A program made the translations under genes and the position numbers. This document shows, piece after piece, positions 5,631-6,006 of a stretch of 6,006 nt of DNA. Where the stretch lies: contig JAWBON010000073.1 of assembly GCA_038826135.1 (NCBI GenBank), positions 1-6,006 of the forward strand, read 5' to 3'. Source of the stretch: Candidatus Odinarchaeota archaeon. Its GTDB lineage: Archaea; Asgardarchaeota; Odinarchaeia; Odinarchaeales; Odinarchaeaceae. Position 1 is the stretch's first letter, and each line of letters begins with the position of its first letter. The notes under the pieces are model-generated. The model made no database searches and was not told the DNA's origin. It saw only the letters and a program-made list of their open reading frames with translations.

Positions 5631-6005
5631 CTACTGTCCCCGCAGCTTCTTGAACAGGTCGACAGCATCCTTTAACCTGAAAGGAAGCCGCTCTAAGCCC
5701 CCCAGCTTTGAAAAAATCCTGGTCACAGTCGGAGACTTCAAACCATGTTGCTCCAGTAAATTCATGTCAGTTAAAACGCTCTCACAACCACCCTCACCGA
5801 CTATTCTACCACCGTCTAGAATATAGCAGCGTTCTAAAATTTCCGCTGCGAAATCCATGTCATGAGTTGCTATAACCAAGGTTTTATTTCGAGCTCGAAT
5901 ATACGAAATAATTTCAATAAGATCATCCACTCCACGCGGATCTAGATTAGATGTCGGCTCATCTAAAACAAGTATATCCGGATCCATCACTATAATAGAA
6001 GCTAT
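5631..6005 (-). CDS. cbiO: ECF-type ABC transporter ATPase (CbiO/NikO/EcfA-like), 5'-partial
   Basis: The frame is open to the window edge (IASIIVMDPDILVLDEPTSNLDP). Walker B ILVLDE, D-loop SNLDP, switch IATHD and ECF-type C-terminal LEQHGLKSP. TAG at 5631-5633. Substrate is not determinable here, so cbiO versus nikO or ecfA is uncertain. Confidence 0.88.
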   Translation of the reverse strand: MASIIVMDPDILVLDEPTSNLDPRGVDDLIEIISYIRARNKTLVIATHDMDFAAEILERCYILDGGRIVGEGGCESVLTDMNLLEQHGLKSPTVTRIFSKLGGLERLPFRLKDAVDLFKKLRGQ

Positions 6006-6006
6006 T

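Noticed and set aside
1-6006. CRISPR arrays, IS elements, tRNA/rRNA genes, selenocysteine read-through
   Set aside because: No regularly spaced repeats, transposase, terminal repeats or structural-RNA signatures were seen. The TGA codons fall at natural gene ends, not at Cys-ligand positions.

Overview
Archaeal-looking (GGTGA/GAGGTGA ribosome-binding sites, oligo-T terminators), AT-rich window dominated by a membrane-bound group 4 [NiFe]-hydrogenase cluster most similar, by recalled motifs and gene order, to Thermococcales Mbh. It contains the 3' part of an MrpD/MbhH-type antiporter-like subunit (<2..733) and a tightly coupled + strand operon: small subunit (NuoB/MbhJ-like), large subunit with all four Ni-Fe Cys ligands (NuoD/MbhL-like), NuoH/MbhM-like, 2x[4Fe-4S] NuoI/MbhN-like, and an unrecognised 157-aa soluble protein. 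An inverted DUF72 gene separates the antiporter gene from the catalytic genes. The right end has a minus-strand small heat-shock protein (Hsp20) and the 3' part of an ECF-type (CbiO/NikO-like) ATPase. Unusual points: no NuoC/MbhK or MbhI gene at the expected positions; loss or rearrangement of conserved charged residues in both the antiporter-like subunit and the NuoH acidic loop; an orphan ORF translationally linked to the hydrogenase; and an 8-bp inverted repeat plus a possible RBS-sequestering hairpin at hsp20. All alignments were done by eye; no database searches were run.
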